A DNA stretch of 64,000 nt from Squalus acanthias (Eukaryota). The translations under genes and the position numbers were made by a program. The notes under the pieces were generated by a model. That model was not told where the DNA came from, searched no databases, and worked only from the letters and a program-made list of their open reading frames with translations. The stretch spans positions 157,234,001 to 157,298,000 of the forward strand of contig CM059431.1 in the NCBI GenBank assembly GCA_030390025.1. Direction: 5' to 3'. This document shows positions 24,601 to 37,114 of this stretch, in pieces. How positions within the stretch are numbered: position 1 is the first letter of the stretch; every line of letters starts with the position of its first letter.

Positions 24601-26448
24601 GGTTAATGTGGCTCAGGAGAGTGAGACAACTTTTAAAGCATTGACACACACTCCATCGAGAAACTATCGAATTAATGAAACAATCGGAATAGATTTAAAC
24701 ACACTGGTGCCTGTTCGAAGGATTGAATTTGAAGTTGAAGTGGAGAGTTATATGGAATTTGGATTGGGACAATTGTGTACCAAGGAGAAACCATGATTAG
24801 TTAGAATTATCCACAAGATGGATACAATTAAGAGAGATCTGGCGAATCTTTTAAGTCCATGATTTGTTGATTAGATGTTAAACTGCAATGTCACATGAAA
24901 TGATTACAAGACTGAATTTAACTTGTAACTGTTATAATTGTGTTTTGTAGGTAACAGAGCGTGAGAAAAACCAGTACGAAGCTAGTATGAGGTGGTTTTG
25001 GTGGTGTGTCCTTTGTCACTACTGCCGCAACTACCATGCTTTAATGGCCTAACAGGACCTGTCCCATCACCCAACACGTTTTTAAGTATGAGCTGCAACT
25101 CGAGAATGGACATGGAAATTGACAGCATAGAGGACAACTCACACTGGTGGGATATTGGGCTTGATATATGAGCACGCCCTTAGGTTCAAATAATTTCACA
25201 CGCTCTGCTAGTTCTCCAACTTGTAATGATAGCGTATTTCATATATGTAACCTATGTAGTAAGACTTTGATACATAAGTCAATTGTATACTCATGCCTAT
25301 AACTAACCTGCATCAACAAGTTCATTGAGCTCACCGAAAGAGAATATTCAAAGCAATGTGGAGGAGACCCCAGGCGGGGTAACATCAGCAAAGATAGAAG
25401 AAACAGAGGATACCCCAGACGGGGCAGAATTGGAACACCGGAACTGTGAATTGAATTTGAGTAAGGGGTGAGATCAGGACCGAAACTGCCAGATCGTATG
25501 ATGCAGCAATAGGAGCAGCGGGCAGAGGAGAAAGGATAGACTGGGACACATTGCAAGGCAAGACATATCAGCACGGCCAACATGATGGTTGAGGAGACCC
25601 CGGGATCTCCTCCAGCCATGAGAATAGGCGGTCGGGCCCTGTGAGTGTCATAGTTAGCACCCAGACCTAAAATGAAAAGGGGGATAAAACCTCATTTGTG
25701 AAGCGCTCCGTTCCCCTCAATTAGAGGACTCCAATTTGCAGTAACGCTGGTCAGAGAATAGACTGAAGTAGTCGAGCAGTCAATGTTTTAAACATTTCAT
25801 CCTCGAGGTGGGGACTTGTACGAAAGGCTGATATTTAGAGATCTTTAGTAGACAAGAATCATATATTTATAACTGCAAGTGTAGCCATTGACCAAATAAT
25901 ATTACCCATAATCACTCCTGGGTAAATCAAGCCTAGTGAAAGTGCGCTGATATGGGCCTTGGTATAAAGGCCTTATACCAGGGAAGCTAGAATTGAAAGA
26001 GATAAACTAAATTCTAATGGGATGAAAAACTATAAACAAGATAACACTGAACATGTCAAAGATGGTGGAAAAATATTGGAAAGGCGGGCTATTCCCTTAG
26101 TCTGAGTGCCAATGGTATTTAGACCATTAGAACCAATTAGAAAAGGTGATTTTGTTAAAGACCATATATGGACAGTGGCCAAACGAACTGTTGATAAGAA
26201 AAGGGTTAAAACTGCGATACTCAAGAACAACTTTACACAGAACTAATGTGAGAATAAGGGAACAGACTTAAGACGACGTCATCTGTCTCCGAGAGGTTCC
26301 AGAGATCAACGGCTGTGAGCTACTCGTTAAAACTATCGCCTAATATTAAGTATATTACGCCGTATGCTTAATAAATCTTGATCTATTGCTCAAACATACT
26401 GGCTGCTGTCTATTGGTGTCTTGTCCAAGAACACAGAGATCATTAAGA
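21633..26448 (+). mobile_element. Degenerate ERV-like LTR element; 5' LTR 21633-22271, 3' LTR 25817-26448 (end clipped by a LINE)
   Basis: About 640-bp direct repeats with TG...CA ends; PBS tggcaccctccagatgggac; PPT gaggtgggga; env-like remnant HWWDI plus hydrophobic stretch near 25142-25270; no pol motifs seen; empty sites in paralogs at about 770, 33220 and 43200. Confidence 0.88.
22275..22294 (+). promoter_or_regulatory. Primer-binding site, probably tRNA-Arg(CCT)
   Basis: Matches the recalled TGGCACCCCAGATGGGAC with a 2-nt insertion, 3 nt after the LTR end. Confidence 0.6.
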
Positions 26449-27765
26449 GTGGATCATCTACTCGGCACTTCTGGCTGTCGATGGTTGAAAACGCTTCAGT
26501 CTTGTCTTTTGTACTCACGTGCTGAGCTCCTCCATCATGGAAGATGGGGATATTCATGGAGCCTCCTCTTCCCGTTAGATGTTTAATGGTTCGCCACCAT
26601 TCACGACTGGATGTGGCTGGGCTGCAGAGCTTTGATTTCATCCGTTGTTTGTGGGATCACTTAGCCCTGTCTATAACATGCTACTTCCGCTTTTTAGCAT
26701 GCATGTGGTGCAGCTTACCCAGGTTGGCACCTCATTTTTAGGTACGCCTGGTGCTGCTCCTTTCATGCTCTTCTGCACTCCTGATTGTACCAGGTTTGGT
26801 ACGATGGCTTGATGGTAATCTTAGAGTGAGGGATATGCCGGGCCATGAGGTTACAGATTGTGGTGTAATACAATTCTGCTGCTGCTGATGGACCACAGCG
26901 TCTCATGGATGCCCAGTTTTAAGCTGCTAGAATTGTTCTGAATCTCTCACCACCTGTCGCAGGACCAGACTGGCAGCTATGTCCTTCAGGACTCGGCCAG
27001 CTCGGCCAGTACTGGTGCTACCGAGTCACTCTTCGTGGATATTGAAGTCCCCCACTCAGAGTGCATTCTGTGCCCTTGCTACTCTCAGTGCTTCTTACAA
27101 GTGATGTTCAACATGGAGGAATATTGATTCATCAACTGAGGAAGGGCAGACGGTGGTAATCAGAAGGAGGTTTCCTTGTGCCCATGCTTCCCCTGAAGCC
27201 ATTAGACTTCATGGGATCCGGAGTCAATGTTAAAGACACCCAGGGCCACTCCTTGCGGAGTGTATACCTCTGTGCCGCCACCCATGGATGGTGATGGAGA
27301 AGTTTAGGACATTAACTGAAAGATATGATTCTGTGAGTATGACAATATCAGCCTGTTGCTTGACTAGCCTGTGGGACAGCGCCAAAATGTTGGCACCAGT
27401 CCCTGGATGGTGGTTTGCAGGATCGACTGGGCTAGGTGTGCCGTTGCCATGTCCGTAGCCTTTGCCGAGTTCGATGCATGGTGGTTTCATTTTTATTATT
27501 GTGTTTCGTAGCAACTGAATGGCTTGCTAGGCCACTTCAGATGGCACTTAAGAGTCAACTGCATTGCTGTGGGTATGGAGTTACATAGAGACCAGACCAG
27601 GTAAGGACGGCAGATTCTAGCTTTTTATTCCAGATTCATTAAATTAAACAAATTTAAATTCTTAAACTGCTCTGGTGAGATTTAGAACTCACGTCACTGG
27701 ATCATCAGTCCAGGCCTCTGGATGACTAGCCCAGTGACATTACCACTATGCTACCGTTCCCAGGA
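26449..27765 (-). mobile_element. Degenerate APE-type non-LTR retrotransposon 5' part with a tRNA-like head
   Basis: DIVILTESYL and REWWRTIK...NIP motifs; head gtagcatagtggtaatgtcactgggctagt with A/B-box-like sequence. Confidence 0.75.
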
Positions 27766-28565
27766 TACCATTATTAAATAAAGAATGATCCGGAATTTGC
27801 GGTCAGCGACGAAGCAAAGGCGTTTGCTGTTAGCCCCAAAGTAAAATTCACACAGAGATCTCGCATTCACTGGGTGGAGAAGTTGAGGTTTTACGAACTG
27901 TAATTCAAATTAGCGGAGTATCATGGGGATTCTCTCGTGCAAGATGCTGTGACGGTAACAGAGAATCAATACTCAGAATTCTCACAGGCAACGAACAAGG
28001 AAGTGAGCAAGAAACTGAAGAAAGTAGAATCTGCACAAAATTAAAATTAGATTTTCAGGCACAAAACTTTTGTTTAGAAATCAAAACGCTGTTGAAAACC
28101 AGTTACACCCAATCGCTTTTAGTGGGGATTTTAAGAGCATAATTACTGTGAAGAGCAGAAGATTTCAGCAGTTTCCCTGATTTGAGAGATGTCCCTGATT
28201 GCCACCTCTTGGAGGGCACAGCGCAGCATCTGCAGTTATATTGGAGTAAAAGGAAGGTAATGTCCACCGAGCGCACAACGGGCAGCAGAAGTAATTTCGG
28301 CCGTTTTTTGGCGAGGACATAATACAGGCGGTATCACATCCATCACCTGTTATATATTGCGCCCTAATGAACTTGAATTGCACTGAATATCGGGCGTGTG
28401 TTGTAACTGCCGGCAAATGCGAATCCGCCTGTTGTGTGTCCCCGCTCAATTAGAATGTCATCCTCACGGACATTAACTTTAAATAACTTCCTCAGTATAA
28501 TCAATGTACTCTGTTACTCTGAAATTAAACAAGATCTTTTGCAATTAGATTTGGACGCCACCTAC

Positions 28566-28764
28566 CTTCTCGATCATTTTCTACCCCTGTACCTCTCTTC
28601 TGTATCTCTATCAATGTCGCTTTCAGTTTGGGTATTGTGTTCTGCAGTTTAAGAAATATGTTCCAGATTGTTCTTTCTCCCCGAGCTCCCTTTTCCAGCA
28701 CGGTATCGAAAATGAGTTGGGAAGCATCATTTCTGCGCTGACTTTCAGCAAGGGATCTGATTTC
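28566..28764 (-). CDS. Exon B, second module (EIRSLAESQRRNDASQLIFDTVLEKGARGERTIWNIFLKLQNTIPKLKATLIEIQKRGTGVENDRE)
   Basis: Acceptor ttttttag|GAA, donor GAAG|gtaggt; 199 nt, open; this frame is not in the ORF track. Confidence 0.75.
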
Positions 28765-28859
28765 CTAAAAAATATATAGCAATCATATTCAACCATGTAA
28801 TTTAGACAAGAAGCGTCTGTTTTTTTCTCCCACTCTTTATGAGAGGAACGAATAGAAAA

Positions 28860-29110
28860 GCTCACAATAAGGTGAACAAAATCTTTGTCTACGAGCTAAG
28901 TTTTAAGGAGCCCCTTCAAGAAGGAGAGAATGGCAGAGATCTGGATAGGATTAGGGAGTGAATTCCAGAGCTTCGGGCCGAGAAAGCTCAAGGCACGGCT
29001 ACCAATGGTTGCGTGCAGAAAATTGGGGATTCGCAAAAGGCCAGAATTGGATGAGCGCAGAGATCACGGGGGGTTAAAGGGCTGGAGGAATTTGCAGAGA
29101 TAGAGAGGAC
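28860..29110 (-). mobile_element. L2-like 3' fragment (paralog at about 41370-41550)
   Basis: gagtgaattccagagc...aaggcacggctaccaatggt is typical antisense L2 3' sequence. Confidence 0.55.
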
Positions 29111-30233
29111 CAGCGTTGAGTCACCGAGGGAAATTGGATTTTCTCAACTGATAGATGAAATAAGGGTAAAGTGCCAAAAAAGGGAAAAACTTCTGATTGC
29201 AGGAATATGATTCGTCCAATCAAGTATTATTGGTTGTTAGTAACAGCAATATTTTGGAAAGCTCATAATTTGCTTTCAGGAACTCAAATTGCACAGATTC
29301 AAAAACAATGCGGATGAAATTGGAGTCGGTCAGTCGCAGGAAAGTTGCTGATAGCGAATGGGCGCCCCGTTTAACATGCGTCCGCATTTCTTTACCATTG
29401 ACTGCAATGAGACTTTTGTTTATTCAAAATATCGTTCATCGAAACAGTAGCAAATGCTTATCAGACAATTCTTCATCATCGATATGAACCATTGCCTTTC
29501 TATATTTGAGCAGCACTGTCTTATGAATTACTACTTTATTTTAAGTGTTTATGAAATGTGATCATTGTCTAGAATTATGCCACCTGCCAAACACCAAACT
29601 CTTGAACTGACAACGTTTTACCTTCTGTTCTTTATCATCTACGCTTCTATGATTTATTTTATGTAATTAACCATACACTCCATACATTCAATTTTAAAAT
29701 CTCCTTTTTATTACGTTTTCTATGCACGTCCAAACAGTACTTGGTTGCACCCTTTTTATTATCAAGTAAATCGCATATATTGTTTGGCAATCATTTCCGA
29801 ATTGGTACCTTCCTATTGCTTCCTGACGGATTTATCTGTCATTTCCGTCGCAATATATCTGGGCTAGTGTGTTTTTGCTTTGTTGAAATAGGTTAGGTTC
29901 CTGTAAATGTATATTGCTTTGATTTACTGTACATATGAATAGTAATGATAACATGTCTTCTGACATATTCCACTTCCCTTATCCGTTTGCAGATAGAAGC
30001 CAATCGTCATTCCTAACTGCTGTTCTGAAACCGTACCCATCCAGCTAACGTCCTGGACACGTGGCAGATAATACACTCACCCTTCCATCTTGCATCACTT
30101 CTATACTTTATGTATTTAAAGTCACCCATCACACTGATACCCTTGCTAAAAAATCTCGAATTTTTCAATATATCGCTTCCTCAGTCCGTATCCCAGCACT
30201 TGGTGCATGATAATCAATTCCTAATAGATAAAG

Positions 30234-30431
30234 AGTCATAGAATCGTAGCGTCATAGAGTTATACAGCACAGGATGAGGCCCTTCGGCACATCAAGTCCG
30301 ACCGGCCATCAAGCCCTGTCTATTCTAATCCCATTTCCCAGCACTTGGTCCGTAGCCTTGTATGCTATGGCGTTTCAAGTGCTCAATTAAATGCTTCTTG
30401 AATGATGTGAGGGTTCCTGCATCTACCACAC
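30234..30431 (-). mobile_element. Short CR1 3'-end fragment flanked by a ~118-bp direct repeat
   Basis: Tail gtcatagaatcgtagcgtcatagag; same family as 37115-38225; flanks 30116-30233 and 30432-30550 are diverged duplicates. Confidence 0.8.
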
Positions 30432-31475
30432 TTAAAGTCACCCATAACTCTGATACCCTTGGTAAAATTTCTTCAGTTTTTCAATATATCGCTTCCTCAA
30501 TCCATATCGCACCACTTGCTGCATGATAATCAACTCCTGATATATAAAGAGATCCATTATTATGCTATAATCCCAAGCGTATAGATTACAATTGTTAATC
30601 ACTCCTTATATGAGTCCTGAGTTTCCGTGCTGCAATTGAATATGTTAATAATAACTTCCGTTGTTTTGTTTAAAATGTGTTCTTTTATTTGTAACAGGAC
30701 ATTTTAGCCTCTAGCTCCCAGCCCTGCCCTTATATAAGCCATGTAACTGTTAAACGTTCCATAACTTTACTTCCAAAAGCATCACCAGGCAATCGTTGCT
30801 TTCGACTAACCAGGTTTATTCAGAATACTTTATTAACATATATGTTACTTAACTCTAGGAAATATTCGAAAAGAGAGGAGATAGACATCACAGATGATAC
30901 TAGGGATTGTTTTTTAAATGGGACATAATGGAAAACTTGAAATAAGAGGCTGGTATTGTTGATGTCTCTGAGCATTGTGCCGAAAATGGGGCGTGACCTG
31001 AGCTGTACTGGTGTAAAGTTAGAAGGTTCGTAAACCGTGGGCTGGATGCATTTTGTGAGCGCTTGGCGATACGTGGAATAATGCAGATTGTGTAAGGTTG
31101 TAAATTAAAAGTAATATCTGTGGAAGGGAAGATGATAGAAATGCAGGTAGAAGCAGGTATGCAGTGAAGTTGGAAGCAAAAGAGAACTGGAAGCAACGAC
31201 TTGGATATGTCCATTAGAAAGTTCTAGAAATTCGTATCACCGACAGTTACTCAAACGAATCGTATAATTTAATGGTAGCTTCAATCAAGAACAGACAGAA
31301 ACTCTTGGCCGTGACCGACAGTTCATTTTGTTTCGTCAATAAATTTCTTCACCTGTGATTAGTTACATGTGGCTATTACAAGTTTTATCGAGCTCCAGGA
31401 TTTCCATTGTGACTGTGCTGAGGAAGCGTGATGCTTTCGCTGCTACTGGTGTTTTATTCAATTATTCATTACAAT

Positions 31476-32218
31476 GGGGCCGAAAATTGATCTCGGGACG
31501 CGAGAGTACGCACTGCGTACTCTCGCGTATTCCCACTCCAATTGCCGGTTTTCTGCATGCCCTGCGCATGCGCTGAAAACCGGCAATTGCTCTTCTGAAA
31601 AGGAGGCGGGTCCTCGGTGCATCGCGTGCGCGCTACAGGCTGCGCGCACGCTGTGCACTTCATGCTTTGGACGCGCAGGTAAGTACGGAAGATTTTGGAA
31701 ATGTAAAAAGGAGGAGTAAGACCCACTTTTAAGAAGGTAAGTAGTGAATTAAGTATTTTTTTGAATTTTTTTTAACAGGTATATCTTTTTTAGAGACTTT
31801 AAAGACAGGTAAGTTTATTTTTATAACTTTTTAAAAGATTTTAAATTTTTTCAAAAATTTAATTTTTTATTTAAAATGGTTAATTTAATTAACTATACTT
31901 ATTTTATTAATGTGATGGTTTTTTTTTTATTTAATTGAGGTTTAGCTGTTATTTTGGGGGGGTGTAAGATTCATAGATTTAACAGCCGTGCTGTGAAACT
32001 TATGAATGGAAGATGGTGTGCTGCCATTGGCTCTAACTGGGTCACGTGATCCCACCGCTCGCACGAATTCACTACGCCGCTGGGATACACAAGCACTGCC
32101 CAGCTGATGTCTAGGACATCAAGTTCGTGCGAGCTGGATCTGAAAAAGCACAAGCGAGGTGAGAGAACGCGGGGAAGCCTTACCCCCGCGGGAACAGAGC
32201 GAGATCAATTTCTGGGCC
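31476..32218. mobile_element. Second copy of the same MITE at an unrelated site
   Basis: Highly similar to 7196-7938; TIR ...aattgatctcg / cgagatcaatttctgggcc; flanks AAT and ATT. Confidence 0.85.
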
Positions 32219-32960
32219 ATTGTGTCTTGGCGTGTTCCTTGCAATCCTGAAATTTGGATTAATTGCTCCATGGATAGAATGCCATTTATGTCCGATTACT
32301 GAAACAACAGTAACCCGAATCCCAGCAGAAATACGGCCAAGGTAATTACCTTAACTGCAAGACGTTTGTCAGTGAATTATCAGTTGATTAGAGAGTCTCT
32401 TTCTGCAGATGGTTTTTGCCTGTCACTTATGTGGTACAAATGCTCCTTGCCAATTATCCACCCAAACTGGCATGTTAACCAGTTCTTGTTGCATACGGGC
32501 ATGGACTGCTTAGTTACCTGAGGAATTGGGAATGGAATTGTACACTGCAATCATCAGCGTACAGCCCACAACCTGCCCTTATGAGGGAAGTTAATTGATG
32601 AAGCAGCTGGCGATATTTCGGTCGAGGATTCTTCCACGATGAACTCATGGTTATACTATGAGATGCAGTTCTCTTCTTATTTAATGCATTAAAAACGACA
32701 AGTTCTATGTCCTTTGAGACGACATTAGCTGTAATCTAAGAGCACATAAAAGGGTGGTCCGTGAGAAGGCTGTTATGATCCACCCCATGGCTACCAAGTC
32801 CTCGCAAAACCACACCTACGCCGGGAATATACAGACGCCAGAGAATACAACCGTTACACCAGCAAAGACATGCCGTCCCAGACCGACTTGAACAATCTAC
32901 CCCCGACCCGTCTCAAATTTAGGAGGCCATTTGCACAATTCCAACATATATGTAGCATAC

Positions 32961-33121
32961 CTTATGTATTGATTCGGTAAATACGTTTGAATCTAAGAGC
33001 GACTGACTAACAGCTTCCACGAATTCTTCAATTGACGGTTCTAGTCTCTGACGGAAGCAACCGATGATTCTTCCAAGCTGGATATCCGTGTAGCTCGCCA
33101 ACATTAGTAATATTTTAGTAT
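32961..33121 (-). CDS. Exon A, second module
   Basis: 161 nt, canonical splice sites, open frame (LASYTDIQLGRIIGCFRQRLEPSIEEFVEAVSQSLLDSNVFTESIHK). Confidence 0.7.
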
Positions 33122-33959
33122 CTGAATTTTCTGTAAAAGCGTAAATGAGAACAGATTAAAATACTATGTCTGCTTTGAAGCAATGAATAATTTGAACTAA
33201 CTTTTAGAGCTGCAGCTTTTCTTTAGAGCCGTTCAAGCCGTGAGACGGCCAGTGGCGCATCACAGAGCAGGAATTTAGAGTTAAAGCTGCCTCTTTTTCA
33301 TAGAGTTAAGATAAACGACCTAGATCTTGCAACATGTGGAGGTTGTTTAAAGTAAGTAGGAAGTAAAGAGTGCAGGCCCATAGCAACGAATTCCAGCCAG
33401 TGGTGCTGACGACGTTTTTGGAGTCCGGAGCAGAGGAACCAATAATCTGGGGACCACAGCAAAGGGAGAGAATGGACCAGAAATAAAAGAGGGTTTCTGA
33501 AGAAGACTGTAGTGTTAAGACGCTCGAGACCGCAAACGGAATTGTAGATGAGTAGGAGACTTTCACAAATTGTCTGGGATAACATGTGAATGTAGGTCAC
33601 TGACGAAGGGGATTACGGATAAGTGGAAATGAGGTTGAATTTATGAAAAGAAGCAGACTAGCTCTGGAGTTTCCAACAGGATTGCACAAAGGTCGTTTAA
33701 GGAATCCAGTCTAAACCTCACAAACGCATAGATAAAGCACGAGCAATATTCATATGTTATCATATATCCAGAAAATTAACATATGATGGTTGCGGACGGT
33801 GATCTGAGAATCCAGGTCGAAATTTATTGCTTGGAATCACCAGATGCTGCTGAGCAATTAAAAATAGTTGTGACTCTCGGTTGATTGCCTAAAGAGCTAA
33901 TAAATAATGTACAGATATTTAAAGAAAGCGACAGTAAATGCAAACTCATTCCTTCCTTC

Positions 33960-34870
33960 TCGCCTGTCATTATGCCTCTTTTCATTTCTCCTATCTCGGA
34001 TAAAATGCCCTTAAAAATTTCTGCACCAACAATTCAATGCTCTTCGACCGTCCAACTCTCCTGCTGCAGTCTATCTTAGATAAGTATACAGCATCCCTCG
34101 TTGCCTCTCTTGACATCTTCCGAAAGGTCCACCGTGGCACTCGTTGCTGCTTCCTCACGATCAGAAACCCCAACTGTATTATCCGACTCTTCCCAAGAAC
34201 CTCCCACCCAGCCCGCCCGCTGGGGGCTAATCTTCTCAATCTCCTTCCCGTCCAACTCACCCTCCCAGCGCTCAGCCTGTGGACAATGGCAATGGGTTAG
34301 ATATCACCGAGCTCTCTATTTCCCTCCAGAATGGCCATTCTCTTGCGAACCAGGTCCTTTCCATTCATGAGCTTATCGTGATTGAGTGCATCGACATCAT
34401 GGCCCTGACGAGGATGAGGGTTGATGAAGACTTACCCTTAAGTGAAGACTCCCCGCCTTGGTATATCTCCAGCACATGCCTCGCCCAGAGTGCGATGGCG
34501 ACAGTGTGGTTCTCATCACCAAATCACACCTTGGTCTGTCCCCCTACTCCTCCACCACTTTCTCCTCCTTTGAGCATCTCACCTTATTCCACAACGCTCA
34601 CCTCTCATTTAAAATTCTCGTTCTCTCCCGCCGACCCAAGTCCCATTATAATTTATCACCGAGATAACTTCACTGCTTTCTTCCCTCAGCAATTGCACCG
34701 AGCGACTTCTCATCCTCCGTGATTTCAACCTCCCTCGCAATTCATCATGCTGTCTATGCGCTGATTTCACTGCCTTGCTGCATCCCTTAATCTCTAACTC
34801 CAAATAAACTCCCCAAACCATAATCATGACCACAGCCTCGACCATGCCATCTCTCGTGGCCTCGAGGACA
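33960..34870 (+). mobile_element. Degenerate L2-like LINE fragment (endonuclease region)
   Basis: IHELIVIECIDIMALT..., LSEDSPPWY; C/T-rich strand bias. Confidence 0.6.
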
Positions 34871-35330
34871 TTTACCGCTGATCCACTAATATTAACACTA
34901 ATGAATAATGTTATGAATCATGTAACTTTAAACTGTGAGGTCATGCACAGCATTGATTTCTGGAATATATTTAGGGGTCTGACAGTCTCTGATTTGGCCA
35001 TAAATATAAACTGCTATTTTACAATCACAATTCTTCACTTGTGAGCGTGTCTCGATGTGTGTGTGCGCCCACAAACGTATGTACAATAAATCTATCAGCC
35101 GTGTCCTATCCTTTCCCAACTGCGGAAATGTAGTTTCATTCTCGGCTCAGTAATTTCTCGAAACTATAGTTGAAGTTATTTTCCGGAATTAATTTTGAAA
35201 CATTTTAACATTAATTTATCTGCTGTTTCATACCTAGTATAATAAACACATAAGTCACAACAACAAATTGCATTTCCACAGCGCTTTAAACATCGACAAA
35301 CATCGCAAGGTGCTTCACAGGAGCCGAATC

Positions 35331-35763
35331 AAACATAGAAACATAGAAACATAGAATCGAGGAGCAGGAGTAGGCCATTCGGCCCGTCGAGCCTGCTCCG
35401 CCATTCAATACGATCATGGCTGATCATCCAAATCCAGTACCCTGTCCCCGCTTCAATCCGCACAGTACACATACCCCACCCTACCCCCGTAACCCCACGT
35501 ATTTAATTCCCCCTAACATATCCCATCCTATCCCCACAACCCCACATATCCAATCCCCCCTAACATTAAGGGTCAATTTATCATAGCCAAATCAACCTAA
35601 CCCACACATTTTTGGACTGTGGGAGGAAACCGGAGCACCCGGAGGAAACCCACGCAGACACGGGGAGAATGTGCAAACTCCACACAGACAGTCACCCGAG
35701 GTCAGATTCGAACCCGGGTCTCTGGCGCTGTGAGGCACCAGTGCTAACCACTATGCCACCATG
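35331..35763 (-). mobile_element. HE1-type V-SINE with CR1/HER1-like tail
   Basis: tRNA-derived head (ggtggcatagtggttagcact...ggttcgaatc), V-domain gtggagtttgcacattctccccgtgtctgcgtgggtttcctccggg, (TTTCTATG)n tail. Confidence 0.88.
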
Positions 35764-35764
35764 G

Positions 35765-37020
35765 TCGCTGAATAAAGGAGGTAGAAGAGGAGTGGAACAA
35801 AAGATTGGTAAAAGAAGTCGGGATTAGGAGCATCTTAAAAGGAGGGGAAGAAGCTGGAGAGGTTTATGTGGGGAATTTCAGATAAGAGAACCCGGACAGC
35901 CGAAGGTACAGCCGCCACAGATGGGCTGAGGAGAGGGTGCAATGCACTCGAGACCAGAACCGGAGGAATAGAGAGACCTTGGTGGTGGGGGCTTGTACGG
36001 GTGAAGGAGATGACAGAGACAGGGAAGACAAGACCATGAAGGGAATTAAACGAGGGTGTGAATGTTAATTTGGAACTGCTGGGGTCCGGGAGCCAAAGTA
36101 GGTTCGCAAGGACAGGGGTGATCGGTGAGCAGCATTTTAATTCCACCCAAGTTTACGGAGGGTGAAAGGACAAAGCCAATCCCGGAGAGCACTGGAAAGA
36201 TCGAATCTACAGCTGATGAAAGCAAGTATGAGGATTTCAGCAGCAGATGGACTTAAGCAGGGATAAAGATGGTTGATGTTACGGAGGTGGAAGCAGGCGA
36301 TCTTCGTGTTGGAGAAAATATCGGTTCGGAAGCACAGCTTGGCCTCCTGGAGAACACAGAGGTTGTAAACAGTCTGAGACACTGGCTTGGACGGGGATGG
36401 AATCACGAAAAGGGAAGACAATTTGTGGCGGGGGTCGAAGACCATGTCTTCGGTCTTACCAATTTTTATTTGGAGAAACGTGTAGCATATCTCAGACTGG
36501 CTGTCGGACAAGCAGTGTGAGAAAGCAGAGTCATTGGAGGGGCGGGAGAGGTGCTGGAGAGGTGGAGCAGAGAATTGTTGGTGTATATGTGAAAGCTGAC
36601 CACTTATCTTCGGATAATGTCTCCAATGGGCAGCAAGGAGATGAGCAATAGGAGGGGGCGAGGGGCGCTCTACGGGGGTCTCCAGGGTAACAGTACGGGA
36701 GCGGGAAGAGAAGCCCTTGATGAATATTCTTCGGGTACGACTGGATGGGTAAAAGCGGACACAAGCGAGGGCAGTCCCACTGAGCTGGACAACGGAGGAG
36801 AGGCGGTGGAGGATGTAGTGCTGGGCCGTGTAAAGGCTGCAGACGTCAAGAAAAATGAGGGGAGATAATTTACCACTTTCGCAGGCATAGAGCGTTTCAT
36901 TGGTGACTTTGATTATTGTCATTTCAGAGCTGTGTCAGGAGCGGAAACCCGATTGGAGAGATTCAAACATGAAGTTGTGTGAAAGCTGGGCATAGGTTCG
37001 TTAGGCGACAAAACATTGTT
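35765..37020 (-). mobile_element. Degenerate L2 LINE RT/3' fragment; its tail lies at about 35255-35330
   Basis: KVTNE...LIFLD, QIKIGKTE, FHLRNI...AAEILILAFISCRFD, PITPVLANLLWLP motifs. Confidence 0.85.
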
Positions 37021-37114
37021 GGGGAAAGGGAGGCTGGAGATGGAGATACACATGGCCAAGTCTTCAACCACGTGGCAAACTGGGTGCATCCCTTGGCTCA
37101 AACTCTCTCACGGA

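Noticed and set aside
35690..35763. tRNA gene
   Set aside because: It is the tRNA-derived head of the HE1-type SINE, contiguous with the V-domain and LINE tail
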